From: an uncultured Eubacteriales bacterium | GTDB lineage: Bacteria > Bacillota > Clostridia > Oscillospirales > CAJFTT01 | Length of the DNA stretch: 33,915 bases | NCBI GenBank assembly: GCA_964426175.1 | Contig: CAYRPK010000003.1 | Span: 1 to 33,915 of the forward strand | Reading direction: 5' to 3' | Part shown: one piece after another, positions 22,937 through 31,845 of the stretch | How the letters are laid out: the number at the start of each line of letters is the position of its first letter | How positions within the stretch are numbered: position 1 is the stretch's first letter | Made by a program: the position numbers and the translations under genes | Notes under the pieces: model-generated | What the model saw: the letters and a program-made list of their open reading frames with translations, nothing else | Told to the model about the DNA's origin: nothing | Databases searched by the model: none

Positions 22937-24738
22937 TGGCAAGAAACAAATACGATGTTGATGAGGTCTTGGAAACCCCGTTTAACAAAGAACAGTTTAA
23001 ACGTGTTTTTAAATTTGCGCTTCCCTATAAGAAAAAGCTTATCGCAACTCTCATTGTCATTATGACTGCGGCAGTTTTAAACCTAATCACGCCCCTTATT
23101 CTGCAACATATTATTGATGATTACATTCCTCAGAAGAATACGGGAATGGTCATATTCTTAGGCGTTCTCAATATGGTATGTATAATAGTCGCCGCATTTC
23201 TTACCTCTTTCCGTATGCGCGCAACAAATCGTGTGGGACAGGGTATTGTTCACGATATGCGTCTTGCTATGTTCAAGCATCTGCAGCAGTTGCCTTTTAC
23301 ATATTTTGATGACCGCCCACAGGGTAAGATCCTCGTCAGAATAGTTAATTACGTCAACTCCATCAGCGATATTATTTCAACGGGACTTATAAACGCCATA
23401 GCAGAAGGCTTCAACATAGTAGTCATTATTGTACTTATGCTTATTATGGACCCTCTTTTGACTCTTATTGCTATGTGCGGTCTGCCTCTTCTTGTTTTAG
23501 GTATAGTCATAATAAAAGGCTTTCAGCGCAAGGCACAGCAAATCCTTTCCTTGCGTCAGAGTAATCTTAATGCCTATACTCAGGAAAGCTTAGTCGGCAT
23601 GAAGGTAACTCAGGTCTTTTCTCGCGAGGAGGAAAACCGAGGTATTTTTGACAGACTTTCAAAGGACTACCGTAAAGCCTGGATGAAATCTGTAATGCTC
23701 AATATCTCTCTTTGGCCGTGGGTAGAAGCTATAAGTAACTTTACAGTTGCGGCGCTTTACTTTATCGGCACTCTCGTTTTAAGAAACATGCTTGGCGGAC
23801 ACCTTGCCAGCGAGTCCATCGGCGTGGGTGTCATTATAGCCTTTGTCAGCTACGTAAAACGCTTCTGGACCCCTGTTAATAATATAATGAACTATTACGG
23901 TCAGCTTGTTCAGTCTGCGGCATATATAGAGCGTATCTGCGAATTTTTAGATGAGCCTACCGTTATCGACGATAAACCCGATGCAAAGGATTTAAAGGAT
24001 GTTAAGGGAAACATCAGCTTTAACAATGTAACCTTCGGTTACGAAGAAGGGATAGATGTTCTGAAAAATGTTTCCTTTGATATAACCGCAGGTCAGACTG
24101 TGGCTTTGGTCGGTCCCACCGGTGCAGGTAAATCCACCGTAGTAAACTTAGTCAGCCGTTTTTATGATGTAACCGGCGGAAGCATTACAATTGACGGTAC
24201 CGATATAAGAGATGTAACCAAGCAAAGTCTGCGTCAAAACCAAGGTATAATGCTTCAAGAACCTTTCCTTTTCCCCGAAACCGTATTGGAGAATATCCGC
24301 TACGGCAGGCTTGACGCCACCGACGAAGAATGTATCGAAGCCGCAAAGGCGGTTCACGCTGATGAATTTATTAACCGTCTTCCCTACGGATACAATACCT
24401 ATATCCGCCAAAACGGCGGCGGTGTTTCGGCAGGAGAAAGGCAGCTTATAAGCTTTGCAAGAGTAATGCTTTCTAAACCTGCAGTGGTTATTTTGGATGA
24501 GGCAACAAGCAGTATAGATACCCAAACCGAAAAAGCAGTTCAGCAGGGCTTGGAGGTAATGCTTAACGGCAGAACGGCGTTTGTCATCGCTCACCGCCTT
24601 TCCACAGTAAGAAATGCAGACAAAATTATGTATATCGCAGATAACGGCGTCGCCGAATGCGGTACCCACGATGAGCTTATGGAAAAAAGAGGCTTATATT
24701 ATAATTTATATCAAAGTCAGCTTCAGGAACTAATATAA
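22936..24738 (+). CDS. ABC exporter permease/ATPase fusion, subunit with canonical Walker B and a non-canonical signature (heterodimer partner 2)
   Basis: The start overlaps the upstream stop (TAATG). The NBD has GPTGAGKST and Walker B VVILDEATS. The signature motif reads VSAGERQL instead of LSGGQ. Confidence 0.9.
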   Translation: MARNKYDVDEVLETPFNKEQFKRVFKFALPYKKKLIATLIVIMTAAVLNLITPLILQHIIDDYIPQKNTGMVIFLGVLNMVCIIVAAFLTSFRMRATNRVGQGIVHDMRLAMFKHLQQLPFTYFDDRPQGKILVRIVNYVNSISDIISTGLINAIAEGFNIVVIIVLMLIMDPLLTLIAMCGLPLLVLGIVIIKGFQRKAQQILSLRQSNLNAYTQESLVGMKVTQVFSREEENRGIFDRLSKDYRKAWMKSVMLNISLWPWVEAISNFTVAALYFIGTLVLRNMLGGHLASESIGVGVIIAFVSYVKRFWTPVNNIMNYYGQLVQSAAYIERICEFLDEPTVIDDKPDAKDLKDVKGNISFNNVTFGYEEGIDVLKNVSFDITAGQTVALVGPTGAGKSTVVNLVSRFYDVTGGSITIDGTDIRDVTKQSLRQNQGIMLQEPFLFPETVLENIRYGRLDATDEECIEAAKAVHADEFINRLPYGYNTYIRQNGGGVSAGERQLISFARVMLSKPAVVILDEATSSIDTQTEKAVQQGLEVMLNGRTAFVIAHRLSTVRNADKIMYIADNGVAECGTHDELMEKRGLYYNLYQSQLQELI

Positions 24739-24745
24739 CTGAGCG

Positions 24746-24790
24746 AGTGGAGATTTTGGGCAATACCCGAAATCTCCACTCTTTTCTTTT
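24746..24790 (+). terminator. Intrinsic terminator after the ABC exporter genes
   Basis: AGTGGAGATTT (24746-24756) pairs with AAATCTCCACT (24770-24780). It is followed by CTTTTCTTTT. Confidence 0.7.
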
Positions 24791-24847
24791 GTACTATTTG
24801 TATGTATAAGATATAAACTTTACCGTATTTATTGTATTAAATTAGCA

Positions 24848-24876
24848 TTGACTTTTCTTTAAAAATTTATTATACT
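24848..24876 (+). promoter_or_regulatory. Sigma-A promoter heading the polysaccharide locus
   Basis: TTGACT (24848-24853), a 17-nt spacer, then TATACT (24871-24876). It leaves a leader of about 110 nt before the first ATG at 24991. Confidence 0.6.
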
Positions 24877-24990
24877 TTATAAGTAAAGATATATTTATTG
24901 TGCGAAAGTATGTACTTTGTATTATAAGTATGAAAAACCCTGTTGCTCTACGGTAAAAGTACGGCGGTTTTGTAAAGGAGCGTGCCTGTT

Positions 24991-25812
24991 ATGAAGGCTA
25001 TAAAACTTGTTTATCCAGACCTGCAAAATGCAGGAGATCTGCTCAACGTAGATCTGGTAGAGCGTCTGTCGGGCGCTAAGGTTGAGCGGAGCAAGGTATA
25101 TAACGCCGATATGCTTGCCATAGGCGGCGCTCTTTTCGGTGCGCAATATTCCATAGATTTTAAGCGAAAAATCGCTCAGGGTATCCTTTCGGTCGTTTAC
25201 GGTAATAAACCCTTGTATGTTTGGGGCAGCGGCTTTTTATTCGGCGATAATCCAAACGGTCTTTACCGCAAAAATTTAAAGGTTTGCGCCTTGCGCGGCG
25301 CTAAAACTCAGCAAAAGCTTAAGGAGCTGACCGGTACTTTTTACGATGTTCCCTTAGCAGACGGCGGACTTCTTGCAGAAATGATGCTTGACGGTAAGGT
25401 TGAAAAGAAATACGAGATAGGCCTTGTGCCTCATTTATCTCAGCAAGGCGAAGCGGCATTTCAGAAAATGGCGGCACAGGATAATGTCCGCCTTATTGAT
25501 ATTAAAAAATCGCCTAAGGAAGCTATTCACGATATTGCCGAATGTGAATATATCGTATCGAGCAGCTTACACGGACTGATTTTTGCAGATGCGCTTCATA
25601 TTCCCTCTCTCCATGTCTTGGGCGAAAAGCATCTTGCAGGCGGCACCTTCAAGTTTGAAGATTATTACTCCTCTTTCGGTATCGAGGATAAGCCTTGGAT
25701 ATTAAGCGAAAGACAGCCTACAGCTAAGGATATCATCGACGAATACCGTATTGACGGCAGTGCTGTAGAAGAAAAAAAGAAAGCACTTGTTGAGTGCTTC
25801 CCGAAATTTTAA
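24991..25812 (+). CDS. Polysaccharide pyruvyl transferase family protein
   Basis: I prefer the ATG at 24991, 10 nt behind AAAGGAG, to the track GTG at 24982. The C-terminal motif YIVSSSLHGLIFADALHIPS is typical of PS_pyruv_trans (CsaB/WcaK-like) enzymes. Confidence 0.8.
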   Translation: MKAIKLVYPDLQNAGDLLNVDLVERLSGAKVERSKVYNADMLAIGGALFGAQYSIDFKRKIAQGILSVVYGNKPLYVWGSGFLFGDNPNGLYRKNLKVCALRGAKTQQKLKELTGTFYDVPLADGGLLAEMMLDGKVEKKYEIGLVPHLSQQGEAAFQKMAAQDNVRLIDIKKSPKEAIHDIAECEYIVSSSLHGLIFADALHIPSLHVLGEKHLAGGTFKFEDYYSSFGIEDKPWILSERQPTAKDIIDEYRIDGSAVEEKKKALVECFPKF

Positions 25813-25828
25813 GGAGTAAAAGATAGAT

Positions 25829-27001
25829 ATGGAATTTTGCGTAGTCGCCTCGAATTACAGAACCGAAACTCAGCAGGTACATGTTTTTCTTGATAACGTG
25901 GTAACTCAGCTTGTTGACCGCGGAATTACCTGCAATGTCATAGCTCCGCAAAGCTGGTTCAGATACTTTTTCAAAAAGGACAGCCGCAGGGAGCTTGTAT
26001 CTCAGCGCAAAACTGCAAACGGTAATCCATACACAGTCTATTCTCCCCTTTTTACTGTATTTCCGCAGCGAAAACTCGGTAAGTTGTGTCTTTCCGACTT
26101 AAGCAAGCTTTCCTATACTCGCGCACTCAAAAAAATCTATAAAAAATATGAGATGCATGCCGATATCGTATATTCTCACTTTATTCAGGCGGGAATTCCC
26201 GCGGTAAGGCTTGCAAAATATCTCGGACTGCCCTCATTTATAGCAAATGGCGAAGCCGATACTCTCGGAGAAAACCGTTTTAACAGCAAAAAAATGGTCA
26301 TGCAGACCTTGGAGGACGTAACGGGAATTATCTGCGTTTCAACCAAGAATAAGGACGAGATTTATGAATTGTCCGGTGGTAATGAAAGCATCATGAAAAA
26401 GGTGCGTATCATTCCTAATGCCGTTGACGAAACTCGCTTTTTTCCCAGAGATAAAATCGAATGTCGCCGTAAATTAGGCTGGCCTGAGGATGCATTTATT
26501 TTAGCCTTTACAGGCTCGTTTATAGAAAGAAAGGGTGTTTTGCGAGTAGCAAATGCCGCTGACCGTGTTGGCGGTGTTCATACAGCATTTGTCGGCGTGG
26601 GTCCTCAGACTCCCACCTGCAACAATATCCTTCACTGTGGCAGAGTAAACAATGCTGATCTGCCCAATTTGCTTTGCGCGGCAGATGCCTTTATCCTTCC
26701 CACACTTGCGGAGGGCTGTTCAAACGCTATCGTAGAGGCTCTTGCCTGCGGCTTGCCTATAATCTCCTCTAATCTCCCCTTTAATTGGGATGTTTTGGAC
26801 GAGTCCTGTGCTATCCTGCTTGACCCCATGAATGATAATGAGATAGAAAATGCTATACGCACTCTTCGTGATGACAAGGAGCTTTGTCACAAGCTTCATG
26901 AGGGAAGTGTTAAAATGAGTGCAGAATTGACTCTGCCTAAGCGCGTTGATAAAATACTCACATTTATCAGCGAAATGACATCGGAGGACCTTTCAAGATG
27001 A
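25829..27001 (+). CDS. Glycosyltransferase family 4 (GT-B, Glycos_transf_1)
   Basis: 390-aa ORF. The C-terminal half has FTGSFIERKG and the acceptor/donor motif ILPTLAEGCSNAIVEALACGLPIISS. Confidence 0.88.
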   Translation: MEFCVVASNYRTETQQVHVFLDNVVTQLVDRGITCNVIAPQSWFRYFFKKDSRRELVSQRKTANGNPYTVYSPLFTVFPQRKLGKLCLSDLSKLSYTRALKKIYKKYEMHADIVYSHFIQAGIPAVRLAKYLGLPSFIANGEADTLGENRFNSKKMVMQTLEDVTGIICVSTKNKDEIYELSGGNESIMKKVRIIPNAVDETRFFPRDKIECRRKLGWPEDAFILAFTGSFIERKGVLRVANAADRVGGVHTAFVGVGPQTPTCNNILHCGRVNNADLPNLLCAADAFILPTLAEGCSNAIVEALACGLPIISSNLPFNWDVLDESCAILLDPMNDNEIENAIRTLRDDKELCHKLHEGSVKMSAELTLPKRVDKILTFISEMTSEDLSR

Positions 27002-28263
27002 AATCAAAAGAGATTTCAAAATACACAATGCCGCTTTCGGAATTTATATCTCATGCACTCTTTTTTATTATGATGTTTTTTACCGTGGCTTTTCCGAATT
27101 CAGGCTCAATTAAGGGATATATCATAATTGTTTATTCGGCATATACATTTCTTTTAGAGCTTACGACATTAAAAACCAGTCAAAAAAGCCCAATGCACTT
27201 TTTGTGGTCATTGGGATTTTTGGCTTTTGGTTTATGTAGCAGTCTGTGGGCACTTTACCCTGCAAGCGTGCGCGAGGTTTCAAACAACATAGTGTGGTCG
27301 ATGCTCATCAGCATACTTGTAGTCAGATATATCATTCAAAACTGCAAGGATATCGATACCTTGGCGAAGATATTGGTGCCTATCGCCCTGTTTTTTGTTA
27401 TAAATATGATTTTAAACGGCGGCTTTTCCGATGACGGACGCCTTTCAGTCGATATCAACGAAAACACCTTCGGTAAGATCGCCAGCGGCCTGTTTTGCTT
27501 GGTATTATATTTATGCAATAAAAATAATTGGAAAAAGCTTCATCAGGATATAATTTTGGTGGGTCTTGTTGTTGCCTCGTTGCTTTCAGGTTCAAGAAAA
27601 AGTCTCTTGGCAATGATGATATATTTTGTCGGTATAATAGCCTTCAGCTCTTATGCCAAAGAAAAGGGCTCAACCTTCGTAAAGCTTGTTATTATGGGTG
27701 TATTTCTCTTTGTCGCATACATCTGCTTAATGGAAGTTGATGCACTTTACAGCTCCATCGGTCACCGTCTTGAGAGTCTCCTTGATTTTGCTTTTGAAGA
27801 TGCTGAGGGTGACAGTTCCATTATCTCAAGAATGAACATGATAGAAATAGCTCTTGAGCTTTTCGGCAAAAACCCATTGCTTGGTTCGGGACTCAACGCC
27901 TTTAAATATGCCACCTACTACGGCACATATTCACACAACAACTACGTCGAGCTTTTATCTGGCGGAGGAATCGTAGGTGTTCTTCTGTATTACGTTCCTA
28001 TCGTCTGCTTCCTTATCGTGGCTATCAAGAATTGGTCAGCGCAAAAGTCGGGCGCTATTGTGCCTATGCTTATGATAATGGTCTTTTTGATTAACGATTA
28101 CGGCGGCGTTTCATATTTCAGCATTACCGACCATGCGTTTCTCGCTATGGCGATAGGATTAACCTATCTAAACAGTAAAGAAGATCCTACAACTGAAAAA
28201 GACTTGCAAAAAAGCAACGCAAGAAAGAGAAACAAAAATAGAATACGGTTTGTTTTCAGGTAA
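26998..28263 (+). CDS. wzy: O-antigen/EPS repeat-unit polymerase (Wzy, O-antigen ligase-like family)
   Basis: 421-aa polytopic membrane protein. It has a Wzy_C-like loop, GSGLNAFKYATYYGTYSHNNYVELL. The ATGA start overlaps the upstream GT gene. Confidence 0.78.
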   Translation: MKSKEISKYTMPLSEFISHALFFIMMFFTVAFPNSGSIKGYIIIVYSAYTFLLELTTLKTSQKSPMHFLWSLGFLAFGLCSSLWALYPASVREVSNNIVWSMLISILVVRYIIQNCKDIDTLAKILVPIALFFVINMILNGGFSDDGRLSVDINENTFGKIASGLFCLVLYLCNKNNWKKLHQDIILVGLVVASLLSGSRKSLLAMMIYFVGIIAFSSYAKEKGSTFVKLVIMGVFLFVAYICLMEVDALYSSIGHRLESLLDFAFEDAEGDSSIISRMNMIEIALELFGKNPLLGSGLNAFKYATYYGTYSHNNYVELLSGGGIVGVLLYYVPIVCFLIVAIKNWSAQKSGAIVPMLMIMVFLINDYGGVSYFSITDHAFLAMAIGLTYLNSKEDPTTEKDLQKSNARKRNKNRIRFVFR

Positions 28264-28292
28264 AACAGATTTAATCACGGAGGATATGACAG

Positions 28293-29363
28293 ATGAAATA
28301 CGGTATAGTCACAGTTTATCATTCACAAAATTGCGGAAGTTATTTACAGGCATATGCTCTTGCTTCAGCAATCAAAAACTTTGGTCATGATGCCGTCATC
28401 ATCAAGCATAGCTTTAATGACCATGCTGATTCAAAAAGTAACGTACTAAAGCTCCTTATTAAGGTGCTTTTGAAGGGCAATATTACATCTTACATTCTGA
28501 TAAGAAAACGAGATAATAACTTCAAATATGCAATCTCACAGCTATCTGTCTCGGATGATAACACCGATATCGACGGATATGTTTTGGGCAGTGATACTGT
28601 TTGGGATGTGTCTCGTACGTATTTCAGAAATCACAAGGAGCTTTATTGGGGTTCTGCCTTTAAAACAGGCAGGATAATTTCTTATGCACCTTCTGTCGGC
28701 TTTGCTAAGAAAGAAAACTTTAAGGGCATGGAGGAATTCGCCTCAAAAGCCCTTTCACGCATGAGCAGCATAAGCGTCAGAGATGAAAATTCCCGTGATA
28801 TTATAGCCTCATTTACCGATAAGCCTATAGAGACGGTTTGTGACCCCACCCTTTTACTTAATTTTGATGAATATAAAAAGCTGTGTGGGGACGAAAAATT
28901 AAACTACGGCAAGTTTATCTTTCTGTATTACTATAAAAAAATGCCCCAGGAGCAGATAGACGAGCTTTTAAGCATAGCTAAAGCTGAAGGCTTAAAGGTT
29001 ATTACGTTGGGCCTTTCAAATCCGTGGTGCGATGTCAGTGAGGCTTACGACCCCTTCCTCTTCTTAAAGCTTTACAGTGAGGCGGAATATGTCGTAACAA
29101 ACACCTTCCACGGTACTGTATTTGCGCATATATTTGAGAAAAAATTTGCCGTAACGCGGGTGGATAAGCCTAAAATCACCGACCTTTTAAAGCGTTACGG
29201 CATGCACGATAAAATGACGGACGAAACCAAAACCATTTCCGATGTGCTGCACTCTTCATTTGATTATGATACAATGCGTGAGCTTATTGAAAAAGACAGA
29301 ACTGCAGGAATGAAGTTTTTAAAGGACGCGTTGGAGGAAAATAATGAAGAACAGCCGAGGTAA
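28293..29363 (+). CDS. Polysaccharide pyruvyl transferase family protein (second copy, WcaK-like)
   Basis: 356-aa ORF. The N-terminus is GIVTVYHSQNCGSYLQAYAL. The C-terminal motif is YVVTNTFHGTVFAHIFEKKF. Confidence 0.85.
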   Translation: MKYGIVTVYHSQNCGSYLQAYALASAIKNFGHDAVIIKHSFNDHADSKSNVLKLLIKVLLKGNITSYILIRKRDNNFKYAISQLSVSDDNTDIDGYVLGSDTVWDVSRTYFRNHKELYWGSAFKTGRIISYAPSVGFAKKENFKGMEEFASKALSRMSSISVRDENSRDIIASFTDKPIETVCDPTLLLNFDEYKKLCGDEKLNYGKFIFLYYYKKMPQEQIDELLSIAKAEGLKVITLGLSNPWCDVSEAYDPFLFLKLYSEAEYVVTNTFHGTVFAHIFEKKFAVTRVDKPKITDLLKRYGMHDKMTDETKTISDVLHSSFDYDTMRELIEKDRTAGMKFLKDALEENNEEQPR

Positions 29364-30858
29364 AAATGCAAAACTGAATATGCTGACCGGTGTTTTGCAG
29401 GAGGTCGTCGCTCTTGTTTGCGGACTTATTTTACCTCGAATAGTTTTGGGGTATTTCGGCTCTGCCTATAACGGTCTTATCAATTCTATCACACACTTCT
29501 TGAGCTTTTCCACCGTTTTGCGTTCGGGCATAGGCGCGGCAACACACGTTGCTCTTTATAAGCCGTTGGCTGATGGGGATAATGATGCCGTCAGCGGAAT
29601 TATGTCAGCTACATCAGGCTTTATGCGTAAAGTAGGCTTTATTCTTGCCGGCTTGATACTCGGTTTAGCTGTGCTCTATCCCTTGGCGGTGCTGGACGAA
29701 TTTGATTATCTCTTTACCGCGTCGCTTATAATCATCATAGGTATATCATCCTTTGCAGAGAGTATGTTTTCCGTTAAATTAAAGATACTTTTACAGGCAG
29801 ACCAAAAGTATTATATTCAAACAATCGTCGCCATTTTTGCGCAAATCCTGACTACGGTTATTTCGGTAGTGCTTATTTATTCCGGAGCCACAATTCATAT
29901 TGTAAAATTAGGTGCCGCCGCAGCATATTTTACCACGCCGCTGTTGCTTGGTCTTTATGTAAAGAAAAATTACAATATAAATTGGAAAGCAAAGCCTAAC
30001 AATGCAGGTCTTAAGCAACGTTGGGATGCCTTTGCCCATCAGCTCGCCACTATCGTAAACGATAATGTGGATTCCATCACAGTTTCGCTTTTATGCGGTA
30101 TGCTTGAGGCTTCGGTCTACAGCGTCTATTTTATGGTAGTTAATAATATCCGAAAGCTGATGGCAGGCTTTTTAAATGGTATTAAGTCTACTTTCGGAAA
30201 TATGATGGTAAAAAAAGAGACCGAGACACTGAAAAGTACCTTTAAAAGTATAGAATTCGCCCTTTTTGCCGGATGCACCGTCATCTTTTCCGTAACGGCA
30301 ATAATGGTAACACCCTTCGTTTTGCTTTATGCAGATAATGTTTCGGACGTTAACTATAACAGAGTTTTGTTCGGTGTTCTCATGTCAGTAGCATTTATGA
30401 TGAATGTACTGCGCGTGCCGTATCAATCAATAGTTGAAGCGGCAGGTCATTTTAAGCAGACCAAGGCAGGTGCTATATTAGAGGTCGTGGTACATATTTC
30501 TTTGTCTGTTATCCTTTCATTTTTCTTCGGCATTGAGGGTGTTGTTATAGGTGCGCTTGTTGCCGCATTGATACGAACTACTCAGTTTGCTTGGTATTCA
30601 AACGTAAAATTGCTCGGTATTTCAATTTTACCTGTTATTAAAAACTATATAGTTTATTTTGCAACAATGATTGCACTTGCTGTATTTGTGCCGAAATATG
30701 TGCTTATACCTTGCGACAGTGTGTTAGAGTGGATTATCAACGGCTTTATCTCATTTGGTGTTTGTGTCGCTGCGACGCTACTTGTCAGCGCGATATTTAA
30801 CCGCAATCAGCTCGTTGTTGCCGTAAAATATTTTCGCAAAAGAATTTTTAAAAAGTAA
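29344..30858 (+). CDS. wzx: Oligosaccharide flippase (Wzx, MOP superfamily)
   Basis: 504-aa ORF with about 12-14 hydrophobic helices. The start follows GGAGGAAAATA. The locus context (Wzy plus GTs) supports the call. Confidence 0.8.
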   Translation: MKNSRGKNAKLNMLTGVLQEVVALVCGLILPRIVLGYFGSAYNGLINSITHFLSFSTVLRSGIGAATHVALYKPLADGDNDAVSGIMSATSGFMRKVGFILAGLILGLAVLYPLAVLDEFDYLFTASLIIIIGISSFAESMFSVKLKILLQADQKYYIQTIVAIFAQILTTVISVVLIYSGATIHIVKLGAAAAYFTTPLLLGLYVKKNYNINWKAKPNNAGLKQRWDAFAHQLATIVNDNVDSITVSLLCGMLEASVYSVYFMVVNNIRKLMAGFLNGIKSTFGNMMVKKETETLKSTFKSIEFALFAGCTVIFSVTAIMVTPFVLLYADNVSDVNYNRVLFGVLMSVAFMMNVLRVPYQSIVEAAGHFKQTKAGAILEVVVHISLSVILSFFFGIEGVVIGALVAALIRTTQFAWYSNVKLLGISILPVIKNYIVYFATMIALAVFVPKYVLIPCDSVLEWIINGFISFGVCVAATLLVSAIFNRNQLVVAVKYFRKRIFKK

Positions 30859-30876
30859 TTTTGAAAAGGTCTGATA

Positions 30877-31842
30877 ATGATGAAAAAAGAATTACGTCAG
30901 CTGCTCTTTAGTTTAGGTAATTGGAAGCGCGCAGTCAAGGTCGCAGCCTCACCTGAATTTAAAGGAGAACGCATTAGAGCCGAAATTATCCGCAATGTTC
31001 ATTCCATCGAAAAAGGAATGTGTATCGAAAATCCGCGTTTAGGCTTCGGCGTCGAAAAGCTTAACAACCTTTTCCGTCTTTGCGAGGAATATAAAAATAC
31101 CGAAGGTTGCAGTGTTGCCACCATATATATGGTGCACGATGTTATCAATGAATACATCGAATTTCATAAAGCAAAGGGCTTTGAAAGTCCCACCTTTAAC
31201 GAGACCTGCACAAAGTTTGAAAAATTCAGTCAAACCGTTTCTGAACATGAAGAAAAATACGGCGGTACGCTGAGCTTAAAGCTTCATGATAATTGCACCG
31301 AGGAATTACAAAAGCTTTTTGATATGCGCCACAGCATAAGAGATTTTGAAAAACGGGCTATTCCTGATGAAGTTTTAACATCAGCTGTTAAAATGGCGCA
31401 GAGCGCACCTTCTGCCTGCAACCGTCAGGCAGTCAGAGTCTATGCTGTTTCTTCAAAGCAGATGTGCGACCTTTACGGCGGCAATTTGGACGGTATAGGC
31501 GGTTTTGCTGAATCTGCCGATAAATTTCTGCTTATTACGGGTAAGCTTTCTGCCTACAGATTGGATGAGGACAGTCAATTTGCCGTAAGTGCCAGCATTT
31601 TTGTTTCTTATCTGACGCTGGCTCTGACGTCACATCAGATTGGCTCCTGTATCGTTCAAAGGCCTTTAAGAAATTCACCAACATGGCAAAATATTAAAGA
31701 AAAGCTTTCTATTCCGCACGATGAACAGCTTGTCTGTGCCATGGCGATAGGATATATGAAGGATTACTGTACTGTTCCTATCTCGAAAAGATTACCCGTT
31801 GATGAAGTCCTTAAAATATATAATACCTCGAAAGGAGAATAA
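30877..31842 (+). CDS. Nitroreductase-family flavoprotein with a ~140-aa N-terminal extension
   Basis: 321-aa ORF. The nitroreductase core begins at FDMRHSIRDFEKRAIPDEVLTSAVKMAQSAPSACNRQAVRVY. I recognise no motif in the N-terminal 140 residues. Confidence 0.8.
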   Translation: MMKKELRQLLFSLGNWKRAVKVAASPEFKGERIRAEIIRNVHSIEKGMCIENPRLGFGVEKLNNLFRLCEEYKNTEGCSVATIYMVHDVINEYIEFHKAKGFESPTFNETCTKFEKFSQTVSEHEEKYGGTLSLKLHDNCTEELQKLFDMRHSIRDFEKRAIPDEVLTSAVKMAQSAPSACNRQAVRVYAVSSKQMCDLYGGNLDGIGGFAESADKFLLITGKLSAYRLDEDSQFAVSASIFVSYLTLALTSHQIGSCIVQRPLRNSPTWQNIKEKLSIPHDEQLVCAMAIGYMKDYCTVPISKRLPVDEVLKIYNTSKGE

Positions 31843-31845
31843 GCC

